From an uncultured virus (IMG/VR IMGVR_UViG_3300036399_001211) (lineage: Duplodnaviria > Heunggongvirae > Uroviricota > Caudoviricetes): a DNA stretch of 64,000 nucleotides. Numbering within the stretch: position 1 is the first letter of the stretch; each line of letters begins with the position of its first letter. The position numbers were made by a program, and so were the translations under genes. The notes below the pieces were generated by a model, which saw only the letters and a program-made list of their open reading frames with translations, did not search any database and had not been told where the DNA came from. The DNA lies in IMG/VR virus record IMGVR_UViG_3300036399_001211; one strand, written 5' to 3'. This document shows, piece by piece, positions 28,001-37,249 of this stretch.

Positions 28001-28378
28001 ATTAAAAACAAAATTTTAAATGATGTTCTTAATATAAACGATTCCTATAAATTTATAGGAGATGTATCAGATTTAAGAATATATTCCAAAGCTTTATCTA
28101 ATAGTCAGGTTAGAAATCTATTTTATACTAATGGTCTTTCTGATAGATTAGCACCTTTGGATTGGAATTTTTCGGTGGGAGAAAGAAATTATATAGAAAA
28201 AGTAACACACTGGTTTAAAATGCAATTAACTGGCTCTAAGTCTAAATATTTCAATATAAAAATACATAATTTAAATTTAACAGACGAACAAAAATCTTTA
28301 TTTGAAAATACATTGAAAAATGTTATAGAAAAAATAAGTCCTTCATATACAAATTTAAATAAAATAGATTGGTTATAA
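25067..28378 (+). CDS. virion protein with LamG/ConA-like domain interrupted by a beta-propeller-like region (GTG start)
   Basis: FTVNLWIN ... WHQFTFVFD, FIGDVSDLRIYSKALS; intervening D..DNLWI repeats. Confidence 0.78.
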   Translation: MPQFTILNSFSSINLYDFEFQPISNGYDLKKEKVLFDNGLKFYLYNFLRRPKDLSFNNKTGFFLTDLYTNSDIFEFEEPRETVLEEIESPLINLDGNIFKVQLSSLYISNFDAANKNDNLKFIFKDDYVKILNIENNYLTCNEYLTEVKFSYNVVGSDLQKFDYILNDDNILLFAYNTNKSKYIDASTDPISIKTHSFNEAFFNNKKYYFGFYSYRKSKSELKSNKEFLVRYDNDPIENSPDQLKYIEDENSKSYEQNYMLMFPYEYQINSKYPFYLHALKNYQTPEYEYSNGYSGYENKWIRRKYEKIFTGTNQDGGYENVYLDYVTKTKIVRFETDKFTKFFYPIFGDKIHIQDSGLIEDGANAGKIPFESDKVFLNKMNYSEVIPVLDSLPKQSFTKYDNTWACAWLSANEAGDKIWMDRYYNAAYYTYDAALTSYRSYYEKYDPSKEYVWDEPSKMYFEPGVRYMYYRVGEETLKKYLDSFVNSEDENGNTLLLHVDKWNSTELKDSSNYKNDGFLFYNDNDENLKGDYLVLDGKNHAVFPSSETLLNTEQFTVNLWINVKDWSKIEGKQIFGNFYDSGYGLLNGSSLTAPVFTLSENTSALAITSNYKINIINTTPLSVLTNRKNKIIQRLSNFDCWIFDCFNLVATKYDIEGKILNVTSNSDNLKLFLNEITQVEMDEYENLYLYDKNTKYVVVLNPNGEMLRHSYLGSQGFQINFNNDIVLTDSDISAIDSGGIIWEALGNNLYKDKKIYGTVGVINQISFDDLDNLWILHDQDKVTKLNTKKDLFEFTYRLGIRTNLAENECLVSFIKENKTIRTINFLRIPKNSNGDIHDVAVIIDIFEKQCYIMDQKGKLLNKIPLRAFTENPTFQFYAEGDFTGYQYLRKFESSGSYFSWKFKLAQPNSLDSRLYNLNYKTENLYKGWHQFTFVFDSINGYAKSLIDGIEVERADFDKEKYSIYFNYKSNLLLGVASIKNKILNDVLNINDSYKFIGDVSDLRIYSKALSNSQVRNLFYTNGLSDRLAPLDWNFSVGERNYIEKVTHWFKMQLTGSKSKYFNIKIHNLNLTDEQKSLFENTLKNVIEKISPSYTNLNKIDWL

Positions 28379-28381
28379 AAA

Positions 28382-30271
28382 ATGGAAATCGAAAAAATAA
28401 ATAAAGCGTGTTCTAATATATTTTTAATAGACGAAGAATTATGTCTTTCCGATTCTCTAGAAATAATTAATACTAATTTTTCAAATTTATCGGCACAGAT
28501 TAATAACATCGAAAAATATTATAAACAATTCGAATCTTTTTATACTTTTTTTGAAAATAATAGTTCAAAATATTTTAATAGTTATACATATTTAAATCAA
28601 TTTAGTGCTAAATGGGATAGTGCATTTGAAACAATAAAAAAATATAAAAATTATTGGGATACTTCTCCTATATATTTAATATATCCAAATTTAGTAGAAT
28701 TTAATGATTTCTATCTATATCCTAATAGTGTTAAGGACAATGTAGTTCATTGGATAGAAACTAACTTTCCACCCAAGGATTATTGTGACGGACAATCAAT
28801 AAAAATTTCTTTGAATTTAACAAAAGCCGAAAATTTTGAATTTGAATTTAAAAAATCATACGATGAAAAGTGTAATGTATATAATAGTGCTACTAAAAGA
28901 TGTGAAAAATGTAATAATGCATCCACTAAAACTTGTTGTTCATCAAATGAATCATGTGTTTCTAAAACTAAAATAGAATATGTTAATACACTCACAGATT
29001 CTAACAATATAAAAAATGTTGTAAGAAGTAATGAATTCGATTTAAATTTTTTAAATTCCAATTTTAATATCGACTATGGCGCTATATTAAAAAAAGGATT
29101 TGTTTTTAACGGTATAGGTAAATTAGGAGAAAAAGATTTTCAATCTATAACATTAGATTCTGATATGTATATTGATACTAGTATAGATAGAGTTAAAAAA
29201 ATACTTTATTTAAACTATGATATAAAATCTCTATCTCCTAGAGTAAGAACAACCGATGTAAATGTTAAAAAACAAATATCTCCGTCTAGATCTTCGGTTA
29301 CTACTGGTGGATATAAAGTAGGATCAACAATTGTAAATTCTATTTCTTTAAACATTTCTAATAATAATCCGGTTTATACTGCTACAGAAATTCCTAAAGG
29401 ACGATATAGATTAGTTTATGTTAATGGGGCTATGAGTCATTGGGATTATGGAAATAATTGGTGCGCTGTACCTGCGTTTAATATAAATAAAAATTCTGGT
29501 TCTGTTTCCACCACACAAATATATTATGGTGATGCTACTCAAACCGTAAACACTGCTACAAATTTTTATGGATCAAATCAACCTTGGTATATTGAATTTG
29601 ATCATAATGGCGGGAAAATTTCTTTACAGTTTAGCGATAACTCATATAGCGATAATAGAAAGTTAAATAACGTTGCACCTACTTTTAAATTGGTACAAAT
29701 GATTCCTAATACAGTAACAGTCGGACCGAATGATGGCTTATATGAAATGGTTACTGTAACAAATCCTTTTAGTTATCCTGCTGAATTTACCTTTAATGGT
29801 ACTGTTGATAATCAATTATATCTAAATGATGTATCGGTTACAGATTTTTTAGCGGCTAAAACTAAAGTAGAAAGAAAACTATCGACCGTTGTTCCTGCCA
29901 ATGGAACGGTTAAAATCTCTGTATATACTAGTCAACGTAGTGATACTACAGCAGATTTTGCGGAAGTGGTAGGAATTGTTACATGGTATTGTACTCAAGA
30001 AATTCAGTCTGAAATCGGGTTTGAGGGGGATATAGAATGGTATGCTAAATGTTTACCAGAAATTCTTCCAATATCCATAGAAAATTGTGATGCGTGTAAA
30101 AATTGTGATGTATTAGCGGACGATAAATACGCTACAGTTGAATGTGGTAAATTATCTGGAGATAAAACCGTAAGTATTAATTACAAGAAAGGTATATCTG
30201 ATCGTTCTATATATAGAACGGTATATATATCATTTAGAAATAATAATAATATATGGGTATTTACTACATAG
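28382..30271 (+). CDS. baseplate/fibre protein, paralog 1 (DSL..IN.NF N-terminus), Cys-rich with inserted domains
   Basis: LSDSLEIINTNFSNL resembles the T4 gp9/gp10-type N-terminal motif. Confidence 0.7.
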   Translation: MEIEKINKACSNIFLIDEELCLSDSLEIINTNFSNLSAQINNIEKYYKQFESFYTFFENNSSKYFNSYTYLNQFSAKWDSAFETIKKYKNYWDTSPIYLIYPNLVEFNDFYLYPNSVKDNVVHWIETNFPPKDYCDGQSIKISLNLTKAENFEFEFKKSYDEKCNVYNSATKRCEKCNNASTKTCCSSNESCVSKTKIEYVNTLTDSNNIKNVVRSNEFDLNFLNSNFNIDYGAILKKGFVFNGIGKLGEKDFQSITLDSDMYIDTSIDRVKKILYLNYDIKSLSPRVRTTDVNVKKQISPSRSSVTTGGYKVGSTIVNSISLNISNNNPVYTATEIPKGRYRLVYVNGAMSHWDYGNNWCAVPAFNINKNSGSVSTTQIYYGDATQTVNTATNFYGSNQPWYIEFDHNGGKISLQFSDNSYSDNRKLNNVAPTFKLVQMIPNTVTVGPNDGLYEMVTVTNPFSYPAEFTFNGTVDNQLYLNDVSVTDFLAAKTKVERKLSTVVPANGTVKISVYTSQRSDTTADFAEVVGIVTWYCTQEIQSEIGFEGDIEWYAKCLPEILPISIENCDACKNCDVLADDKYATVECGKLSGDKTVSINYKKGISDRSIYRTVYISFRNNNNIWVFTT

Positions 30272-30272
30272 T

Positions 30273-31043
30273 ATGGAACTTTTAAAAATACAAAAATTAG
30301 AACTTATAGGAGATTCTTTATCTGCGATTAATATCAATTTTGATGTTATCGATCAAAAGATTAAAACCATAAATTTTAATACTGAAAAATTTTTAATTCC
30401 TTATGTAAATTTTTTCAAACAAAATCAAAAAAGATTAACATTCATGGAAGATATTTTCTATGATAAAAAATCTAATTGGGATTCAATGGTTACTATTGTG
30501 ACTACTAACAGCGCAAAATGGATAAAACCAATTGTTTTTATAGATCCGACCATATATAAGTTTAATGATTCTAATACCCAAACAACTAAAAACAGAGTTA
30601 TAGATAATTTTAAAAAATTTTTTCCGGTATTTAAAGATACTAGTAATACGATTCCGAATTATTTAGAAAATCAAAAAGGTGTTATATATTATTATGTAAA
30701 TAATATAACCAATACCACAAGAATAGAAGATACCGTAAATTCAGATTTTGCTAATTGTGTATCACAAGGAACTAAAACTACTATTTTAAATTGTCAAAAC
30801 ACCTCAAATAGTAATTCGACTTATTGTAATGGTGTAGAAACAACTTGTTTAGGTTGTGCTGGAACACCGTGTCAACAACAAGTTTCCGTTACATGTGTAT
30901 ACCCCGAAACTAAAACTACTACAACAAATAGATATATACAGGCTATAATTAGAAGTAATTTTGAAGATATAGCCGAAAAAGAAATAAAAACAATTTTTTT
31001 AACAATTAAAAATTGTGAATGGACGATAGAAAGAATTTTATAA
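30273..31043 (+). CDS. baseplate/fibre protein, paralog 2
   Basis: [15 protein letters not shown]; Cys-rich loop. Confidence 0.7.
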   Translation: MELLKIQKLELIGDSLSAININFDVIDQKIKTINFNTEKFLIPYVNFFKQNQKRLTFMEDIFYDKKSNWDSMVTIVTTNSAKWIKPIVFIDPTIYKFNDSNTQTTKNRVIDNFKKFFPVFKDTSNTIPNYLENQKGVIYYYVNNITNTTRIEDTVNSDFANCVSQGTKTTILNCQNTSNSNSTYCNGVETTCLGCAGTPCQQQVSVTCVYPETKTTTTNRYIQAIIRSNFEDIAEKEIKTIFLTIKNCEWTIERIL

Positions 31044-31828
31044 TGATATATAATCATAAATTATACGAAGACGATTCCGTAGGAAATTCATTAGGAAAAT
31101 TAAATTATAATTTTTTAAACACTGATGTACAAACTTGTAATTTGATGTCAAAATTTTTCGAAGGCAATGATGCGGTGTTTACAAACTTTTTAAGTTTTTC
31201 TTCTAAATTTATAAATCTTTTAAATCTTATAAATGTTTTTGATGATCCTTCCGGATATCAACAAGCTTATACAGCAACAAATATTTTAAGTTCCTATTGG
31301 ACTAAAAAAGAAATAACCGTACAATATCCTATAAATTTTTTATCTGATTATTATAATAGTATCAAAGACTTTTATTTGCATAATGTTGATGATAATGCAT
31401 TAATTGAAACTGCTAAAAATTATTTAATTAAAAATTTTAATACAAAGGATTTTAATGATGGTGATGTGATAAATGTTCAATTTCTATTGTATAATTCTAC
31501 TTCTGACTTTTCGGATATTGTGTGGAGATCTGATGGAAATCCTGATCCTAATATAACACCAACCCCAACACCTTTACCTACAGCTACTCCTACTAGAACT
31601 CCTACAGGTACACCAACTCCTACCAATGCACCAACATTTACACCAACACCAACAGGAACTCCGACACTAACACCAACAAGAACTCCTACCCCAACACCAA
31701 CAATAACTCCTACACCTACACCATCACCAACCCCTGAACCAGCTGCATTAGCAATGGAAGAAGATATAAACGATGAAATATTAGCAGATGATAATAGTGA
31801 TCCTAATGATGATTACATATTAATATAA
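31043..31828 (+). CDS. baseplate/fibre protein, paralog 3 N-terminal part, with PT tract and acidic tail
   Basis: [14 protein letters not shown]; start at TAATG overlap (31043). Confidence 0.7.
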   Translation: MIYNHKLYEDDSVGNSLGKLNYNFLNTDVQTCNLMSKFFEGNDAVFTNFLSFSSKFINLLNLINVFDDPSGYQQAYTATNILSSYWTKKEITVQYPINFLSDYYNSIKDFYLHNVDDNALIETAKNYLIKNFNTKDFNDGDVINVQFLLYNSTSDFSDIVWRSDGNPDPNITPTPTPLPTATPTRTPTGTPTPTNAPTFTPTPTGTPTLTPTRTPTPTPTITPTPTPSPTPEPAALAMEEDINDEILADDNSDPNDDYILI

Positions 31829-31867
31829 TATTGTAAATAATAAAATAAATATAAATATTTTAACATA

Positions 31868-34720
31868 ATGACTCCTACACCTACACCTATAAATGCTAGA
31901 CAAAAAATAGAATTTAAAACTGTAGGAACAACAAATTGGACTGTTCCTGCAAATGTAAGTTCTGTTGATGTTATTGTTGTTGGTGGTGGTGGTGGTGCTG
32001 CTGGACGTCAAGGCGGCGGCGGGGGTGGTGGTGGGATTGCTTATCAAAAAGGATATACTGTAACACCTGGACAAATAATTTCGATTACGGTTGGAGACGG
32101 AGGAAATGCTGGATTGGCGAGTGGCGCGGATGGTAGTAATGGGGGAGCAAGTAAATTTGGTACAATAACAGCAAACGGTGGTGGTGGTGGTAAATTAGCT
32201 GGTACTGGTGGTTTAGGAGGAACCGGAAATTATAAAAATGGTAGTTCTGGTGGGGAATATTTAAAAGTTGGTAATGATGGTTACAATGTAACATCATTAT
32301 TAACAGATTTGTCTTTAAATTGTTCCGGTGGTGGCGGTGGAAGTCGTTCTTTGGGTGGAAATGGTGGAGGAGGACGAGGCGGCGGGGTTCCTCCTTCTGC
32401 TGGTTTATTAGGAATAACAATTGACGGTTCAAATGGTTCTCCCAATACTGGCGGTGGAGGTGGTGCTGGTAATGGTAGCTTTACTGCTGCTGTTTATGGA
32501 CCGTCATCAGAAAACTATGATTGTTCCGTAACTGTACCCAAAACTTGTTATAAAGATGATGGTAGTGGCGTATGTTACGGATCATGTTCTGGTACTTTAT
32601 ATGCTTGCGGTGGCGGAAAATTATGTTGCGGTGGTAAAGAACCAGATTCATGTCCTTCTGGTAGCGGTATAACAATAACTGATGATGGTGACTTTGTATT
32701 TTCTGCTGGAAGAAGTCAGTGTAAATGTAAACAAAAGAAATGGAAAAAATCTACTGCATATGATTGTTCTTATAAAGAACAAAAAACATGCACAAGAGCA
32801 ATTACACCACAGTTAATTTCTGCTGAACGTACTGTAAACGCAAGTTCTGGTAATGGTGGCTCTGGTATAGTTGTTATATCTTATAGTGCTGTAGTACCAG
32901 TAACACCTACTCCTACACCAACAATAAATCCTTTAAAATGCTATAAAGGAAAACATTATGGTGATATAAGAGTTGCTGCTGGTGGTGGTTGGAAAGAACT
33001 TAGTAATATACCAGCCGGAAAATATATTTTAGAATGGGTATCAGGTGCATGGAGCGCATGGCCTTGGGGTGATAACGGAAGATGGAATACAGGATGTCTA
33101 AAAGGTAGAATGGGTGGTAAAACAGGCGATCAAGGAACTGCATTTTCTGTAGAAGGTAGTTCTTGGGAAAGTTATACCGAGGCTATTTCTATTACAAAAA
33201 ATTGGAAGAATACCGGAGAACCATATGGTGTAGTATTAAATCATGCTGGTGGCAGAATAGCATTGACCAATTGTGATAGTCCAAATGTATGGAGTGATAA
33301 TAGAGCATCAAAAGACGGAAATCCTGTATATGCTTTATATGAATATATATGTCCAACAACTACTCCTACTCCTACGCCTACTAGAACTCCTACGCCTACG
33401 CCTACTAGAACTCCTACTCCTACACCGACTGCCACCATAAGACCTACAATTACTCCTACGCCTACTAGAACTCCTACTAGAACGCCTGCACCAGCACCAA
33501 CCTTACGACCTACATCTACCCCATTACCAACCATAACACCGACACCGACACCAACTCCTTTACCCGATAATATTAAATGGCCTATGATGGAGCAATGGAC
33601 GGCTCATTATGTAAAAAAGGATGTATTTATATCGAAAAGTTGCATGTTCAAATTTCAAAAAATAAACGGTCAATGGGTTTTAAATAATACAATGTGTGGA
33701 GAGCCATTCCCATACAATACTCCTTCTTTGCCTGTAACTCCTACCGTTACACCAACTCCTACACCTACCAGAACTCCTACTCCTACACCCACAAGAACTC
33801 CTACACCCACACCTAGCCCTACGCCTACATCAACAGCAACAAGACCACCCGTTTCTACCAATAATCCTACTTCCACCCCTACATATACACCAACACCATC
33901 ACCAACACCTACCAGAACACCTACACCAACACCTACACCTACCAGAACACAAACACCTACGCCAACGCCTACATTAAAAGAAGTTATAGTTAATATTACT
34001 AATAGTAATACTTCGGGTGAATGGGTTGTTCCTGCTAATGTAAGGGTTATAGAAGTTTGTGCTATAGGAGGAGGAGGATCAGGAAATGGTGGAAGTGCTG
34101 CTAATGGCGGTGGTGGTGGCGGAATATCTTATGCAAAATTTAATGTAAATGCGGGTGATAAATTTTTAACAAAAGTTGGAAAAGGCGGCAATTCAGTATC
34201 AGGCGCTAATGGGGTTAATGGAGAAAATACAGAATTTACTCTACGTGTGCCTGGGTTTACCGGGCCTATAAAAGAATCCGCAATAGGTGGCGGGGGTAAA
34301 GGAGGAACTAGCACATCAGCAGGAGAAGGTGGTAAAGGATCATGGGGAAACGGTAAAAATGGAGGAAGTGCTGTGTCGGCTGGTGTTCAACCGCCTCTTT
34401 TTAATGTATCAGAATTAAAATCTGGTGGAGGCGGCAAACATGGCTCAGGTTCTGCTCCAGCTAATAGTGGCAACGGGGGAAGTTCTGGCTCAACAACATC
34501 ATCATTACAATGTTATTGCGCAAATGCTCCTATTACATACAACTGGTCATGTGGTAGTCGTGGTAGTGGTACATGTGTTTGTGGCGATCATGTTAATTGC
34601 GGAAAACAATGCGAACCAAAAGGAAAATCTAATTTTTGCGGAAAAATATTTACTTCTTACACAAATATAGCATCCGGTGCTGGTGGATCTGGTATGATAA
34701 GAATTAGATATTATGTTTAA
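31868..34720 (+). CDS. modular fibre/adhesin: two Gly-rich domains with Cys-rich inserts, a beta domain, several PT tracts
   Basis: WTVPANV..V.V..VGGGGG ... GGSG.V.I.Y twice. Confidence 0.8.
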   Translation: MTPTPTPINARQKIEFKTVGTTNWTVPANVSSVDVIVVGGGGGAAGRQGGGGGGGGIAYQKGYTVTPGQIISITVGDGGNAGLASGADGSNGGASKFGTITANGGGGGKLAGTGGLGGTGNYKNGSSGGEYLKVGNDGYNVTSLLTDLSLNCSGGGGGSRSLGGNGGGGRGGGVPPSAGLLGITIDGSNGSPNTGGGGGAGNGSFTAAVYGPSSENYDCSVTVPKTCYKDDGSGVCYGSCSGTLYACGGGKLCCGGKEPDSCPSGSGITITDDGDFVFSAGRSQCKCKQKKWKKSTAYDCSYKEQKTCTRAITPQLISAERTVNASSGNGGSGIVVISYSAVVPVTPTPTPTINPLKCYKGKHYGDIRVAAGGGWKELSNIPAGKYILEWVSGAWSAWPWGDNGRWNTGCLKGRMGGKTGDQGTAFSVEGSSWESYTEAISITKNWKNTGEPYGVVLNHAGGRIALTNCDSPNVWSDNRASKDGNPVYALYEYICPTTTPTPTPTRTPTPTPTRTPTPTPTATIRPTITPTPTRTPTRTPAPAPTLRPTSTPLPTITPTPTPTPLPDNIKWPMMEQWTAHYVKKDVFISKSCMFKFQKINGQWVLNNTMCGEPFPYNTPSLPVTPTVTPTPTPTRTPTPTPTRTPTPTPSPTPTSTATRPPVSTNNPTSTPTYTPTPSPTPTRTPTPTPTPTRTQTPTPTPTLKEVIVNITNSNTSGEWVVPANVRVIEVCAIGGGGSGNGGSAANGGGGGGISYAKFNVNAGDKFLTKVGKGGNSVSGANGVNGENTEFTLRVPGFTGPIKESAIGGGGKGGTSTSAGEGGKGSWGNGKNGGSAVSAGVQPPLFNVSELKSGGGGKHGSGSAPANSGNGGSSGSTTSSLQCYCANAPITYNWSCGSRGSGTCVCGDHVNCGKQCEPKGKSNFCGKIFTSYTNIASGAGGSGMIRIRYYV

Positions 34721-34751
34721 TTTTTAATAATAAGAATAAATATTTGAATAT

Positions 34752-35363
34752 ATGCCTAATAAAAAAATCTCAGAATTAACCGATGCGGGAACTATTTCAA
34801 CCTTAGATGAAATACCTTTAGCAAGAGGCGGTAGAACCTATAAGGCCAAAATAGGTCTTTCCATTGTTCCGGCTGGTTGTGTTATGGCTTTTGCTGGAAC
34901 TACTATACCCGAAGGCTGGTTAAAATGTAACGGCGATGCTATACCAAATACAACCGGAACAGTTCAGAGTAAAACCGCTAATTTTAGTACCTTATATTCT
35001 ATTATCGGAGCAAATTTACCAGATCTAAGAGGTTATTTTATAAGAGGACTAGATGATGGTAGAAATATAGATACAGGAAGACAGATAAGAACAAATCAAG
35101 ACGATGCATTTAAACTTCATACTCATACTGGTTCGTCTGCATCTGCTGGTGGTCACAAGCATACATACAACTCCCACAGCGCAACTTTCGATTTGCAGGG
35201 AGGAAGCTCTGGCGGCGCTGTGCGAAACATTATGCGTAACCCTGATTCAAACGGACAAACTAGTTCTACTGGTGATCATACGCATACTATTACTATAGGT
35301 GATAGTGGGGGAACCGAAACCCGCCCAAAAAATGTTGCTTTACATTATATAATCAAATATTAA
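34752..35363 (+). CDS. tail collar domain short fibre protein
   Basis: VPAGCVMAFAG..PEGWLKCNG, LPDLRGYFIRG, HTH motifs, ETRPKNVALHYIIKY. Confidence 0.9.
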   Translation: MPNKKISELTDAGTISTLDEIPLARGGRTYKAKIGLSIVPAGCVMAFAGTTIPEGWLKCNGDAIPNTTGTVQSKTANFSTLYSIIGANLPDLRGYFIRGLDDGRNIDTGRQIRTNQDDAFKLHTHTGSSASAGGHKHTYNSHSATFDLQGGSSGGAVRNIMRNPDSNGQTSSTGDHTHTITIGDSGGTETRPKNVALHYIIKY

Positions 35364-35372
35364 ATATATTTG

Positions 35373-35798
35373 ATGTTTGTACTTTTCAACAATCAAAAGG
35401 AATTTATAGGTTATGCTGATCAGGTTCCTCCATCTATTCAATTTTATCATAGTGTAGCTGATTCATTTGATATTAATAAAGAATATTGGGATGGTGATTA
35501 TGATATCGGATCTTTAAAAAAAATAGAAACCCAAAAATTAAATGAATTTGAACTAGAATCGGATTTTATACGTAAAGTAAAAGCTCTTTATAATACAGAA
35601 GTAAGTCATCTTCTTTGTATTAAACAGTTAGGAAAAATATCAGAATATATGAATTTATTTGATCCACAATTCAAAGAAATGTGGCTAGAATTACAACCTC
35701 TATTTGGGAAATATGATAATATAGTTGAAAATCTTAAAAATATTGATAAGTTAGAAAAGAAAGAAGAAACATATGAGAAATTTAAAAACATACTTTAG
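35373..35798 (+). CDS. hypothetical protein, possible fibre assembly factor
   Basis: ORF after collar gene; ATG at 35373. Confidence 0.65.
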   Translation: MFVLFNNQKEFIGYADQVPPSIQFYHSVADSFDINKEYWDGDYDIGSLKKIETQKLNEFELESDFIRKVKALYNTEVSHLLCIKQLGKISEYMNLFDPQFKEMWLELQPLFGKYDNIVENLKNIDKLEKKEETYEKFKNIL

Positions 35799-36285
35799 TC
35801 ATAAAAAAGAATTTCATTATTTTTCAAAAATTAGATATGCACAAGGTATTGGTGACGTTTGTGCTGCCATTTTACATTCAAAATTAGTCGGACCTATAAC
35901 ATATTTAATTACCGGAAAATTAGAACCCTGCAATACATGTCAAAACCGTAGAACCGCTTTAAATTTTTTATTTCCTATTCCTATCTGGAGATTATTTTTT
36001 AAAAATGAAGATGCTTATAATGAAGCCCTGAATAAAGAATTTGAAAAATTCCAAAAACCTCTAGATACAAAAATTCATAATATTTCCGATGAAAAAAAAT
36101 TAGAAATATTAGATGATTCTAAAGATTCGTCTAATAATACAGTAGAAATTATAAATGATACGGCGGATATACAAGAAAATTCTAATAATAACGATGACAT
36201 TTATAAAGATTATTTTCTAATATCCGAAAATAGAACCGAACACGAATCGGTATTAATTGTTAATAGAATTTATAAAAAATTATAA
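35773..36285 (+). CDS. phage protein with GIGD...PCxxCxxRRxxLN motif
   Basis: Motif visible in translation. Confidence 0.7.
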   Translation: MRNLKTYFSHKKEFHYFSKIRYAQGIGDVCAAILHSKLVGPITYLITGKLEPCNTCQNRRTALNFLFPIPIWRLFFKNEDAYNEALNKEFEKFQKPLDTKIHNISDEKKLEILDDSKDSSNNTVEIINDTADIQENSNNNDDIYKDYFLISENRTEHESVLIVNRIYKKL

Positions 36286-36740
36286 TGCAAACTTTAGAAA
36301 TAACATATATAGCAGCAAAGGTAGAAACTAACGGATCGTTTGTTTTTTGTCAGAAATTGAATGATTTTTTATCTGACTTAAAATTGTGTCATCTTTTCAC
36401 AACAAATATAAATTTACATAAAATATATGGTGATTTATATGAAACATTATCCGATAGTTTTGATACGTTTCAGGAAGAAATCATAGGACTAACAAAAAAT
36501 AATTGTAATAATTTTCTAACCAAAGAATTTTTAGATAATTTCTGTCAAAATAGAATTATTGAATCTTCTGATGATTATAAAAATACATATTTTAGTATTA
36601 CTGACGGACTAACCAATTTTTTAAACACACAAGAGTTAAAAGGTTTTATATCATCACAAGAAAAGTCGGGATTAAACAATACTCTAGAAGAAATTTACTC
36701 TTCTATTAATAAATCTAATTATTTGATAGGTCTTTGTTAA
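36285..36740 (+). CDS. Dps/ferritin-like four-helix protein
   Basis: LCHL....LHKIYGDLYETLSDSFDTFQE. Confidence 0.7.
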   Translation: MQTLEITYIAAKVETNGSFVFCQKLNDFLSDLKLCHLFTTNINLHKIYGDLYETLSDSFDTFQEEIIGLTKNNCNNFLTKEFLDNFCQNRIIESSDDYKNTYFSITDGLTNFLNTQELKGFISSQEKSGLNNTLEEIYSSINKSNYLIGLC

Positions 36741-37239
36741 AGTCTAATATGATTGGTATCAAATAATTTTGTTTTTGTGATTCGAAAACATAAATCATTC
36801 TATTATCCAAGCCAAACATTCTGGTTCCTACTAATTTAAAATTTTTAATATGAACATCATCAGAATTATATACAGGGAGTCTGAGATTCAAATTAAAATT
36901 AAGAATTTGCGGTAATTCTATACCCATCCTATAAAATTCTATAGATATATTATAGGTTTTGTTTATATCGTCTTCAAAATAATAACGATTGTTTACTATA
37001 TAGTTTCTCGGATCACCAGGCTCGTCTTGATACGGCAGTGCTGTCAAATTTTCAACGGTTGTAAAATTTTGAACCATTTGGGTTTTTTGATTTCCGTCTC
37101 CAAAATTATAAACAATTTTCCATAATTTTCTGGTTGGTATGTATCCTGATGTGGAAAAATACAATGTAACCGGAGAAACCATATTTATAGTTTCTCCGTA
37201 TGTAGCATTGTTTATATCTATTAATTTTTCATTAATCAT
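36715..37239 (-). CDS. PKD-like structural protein
   Basis: YNFGDG motif; likely start MINEK (37239). Confidence 0.65.
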   Translation of the reverse strand: MINEKLIDINNATYGETINMVSPVTLYFSTSGYIPTRKLWKIVYNFGDGNQKTQMVQNFTTVENLTALPYQDEPGDPRNYIVNNRYYFEDDINKTYNISIEFYRMGIELPQILNFNLNLRLPVYNSDDVHIKNFKLVGTRMFGLDNRMIYVFESQKQNYLIPIILDFNKDLSNN

Positions 37240-37249
37240 TTTTTTGATA

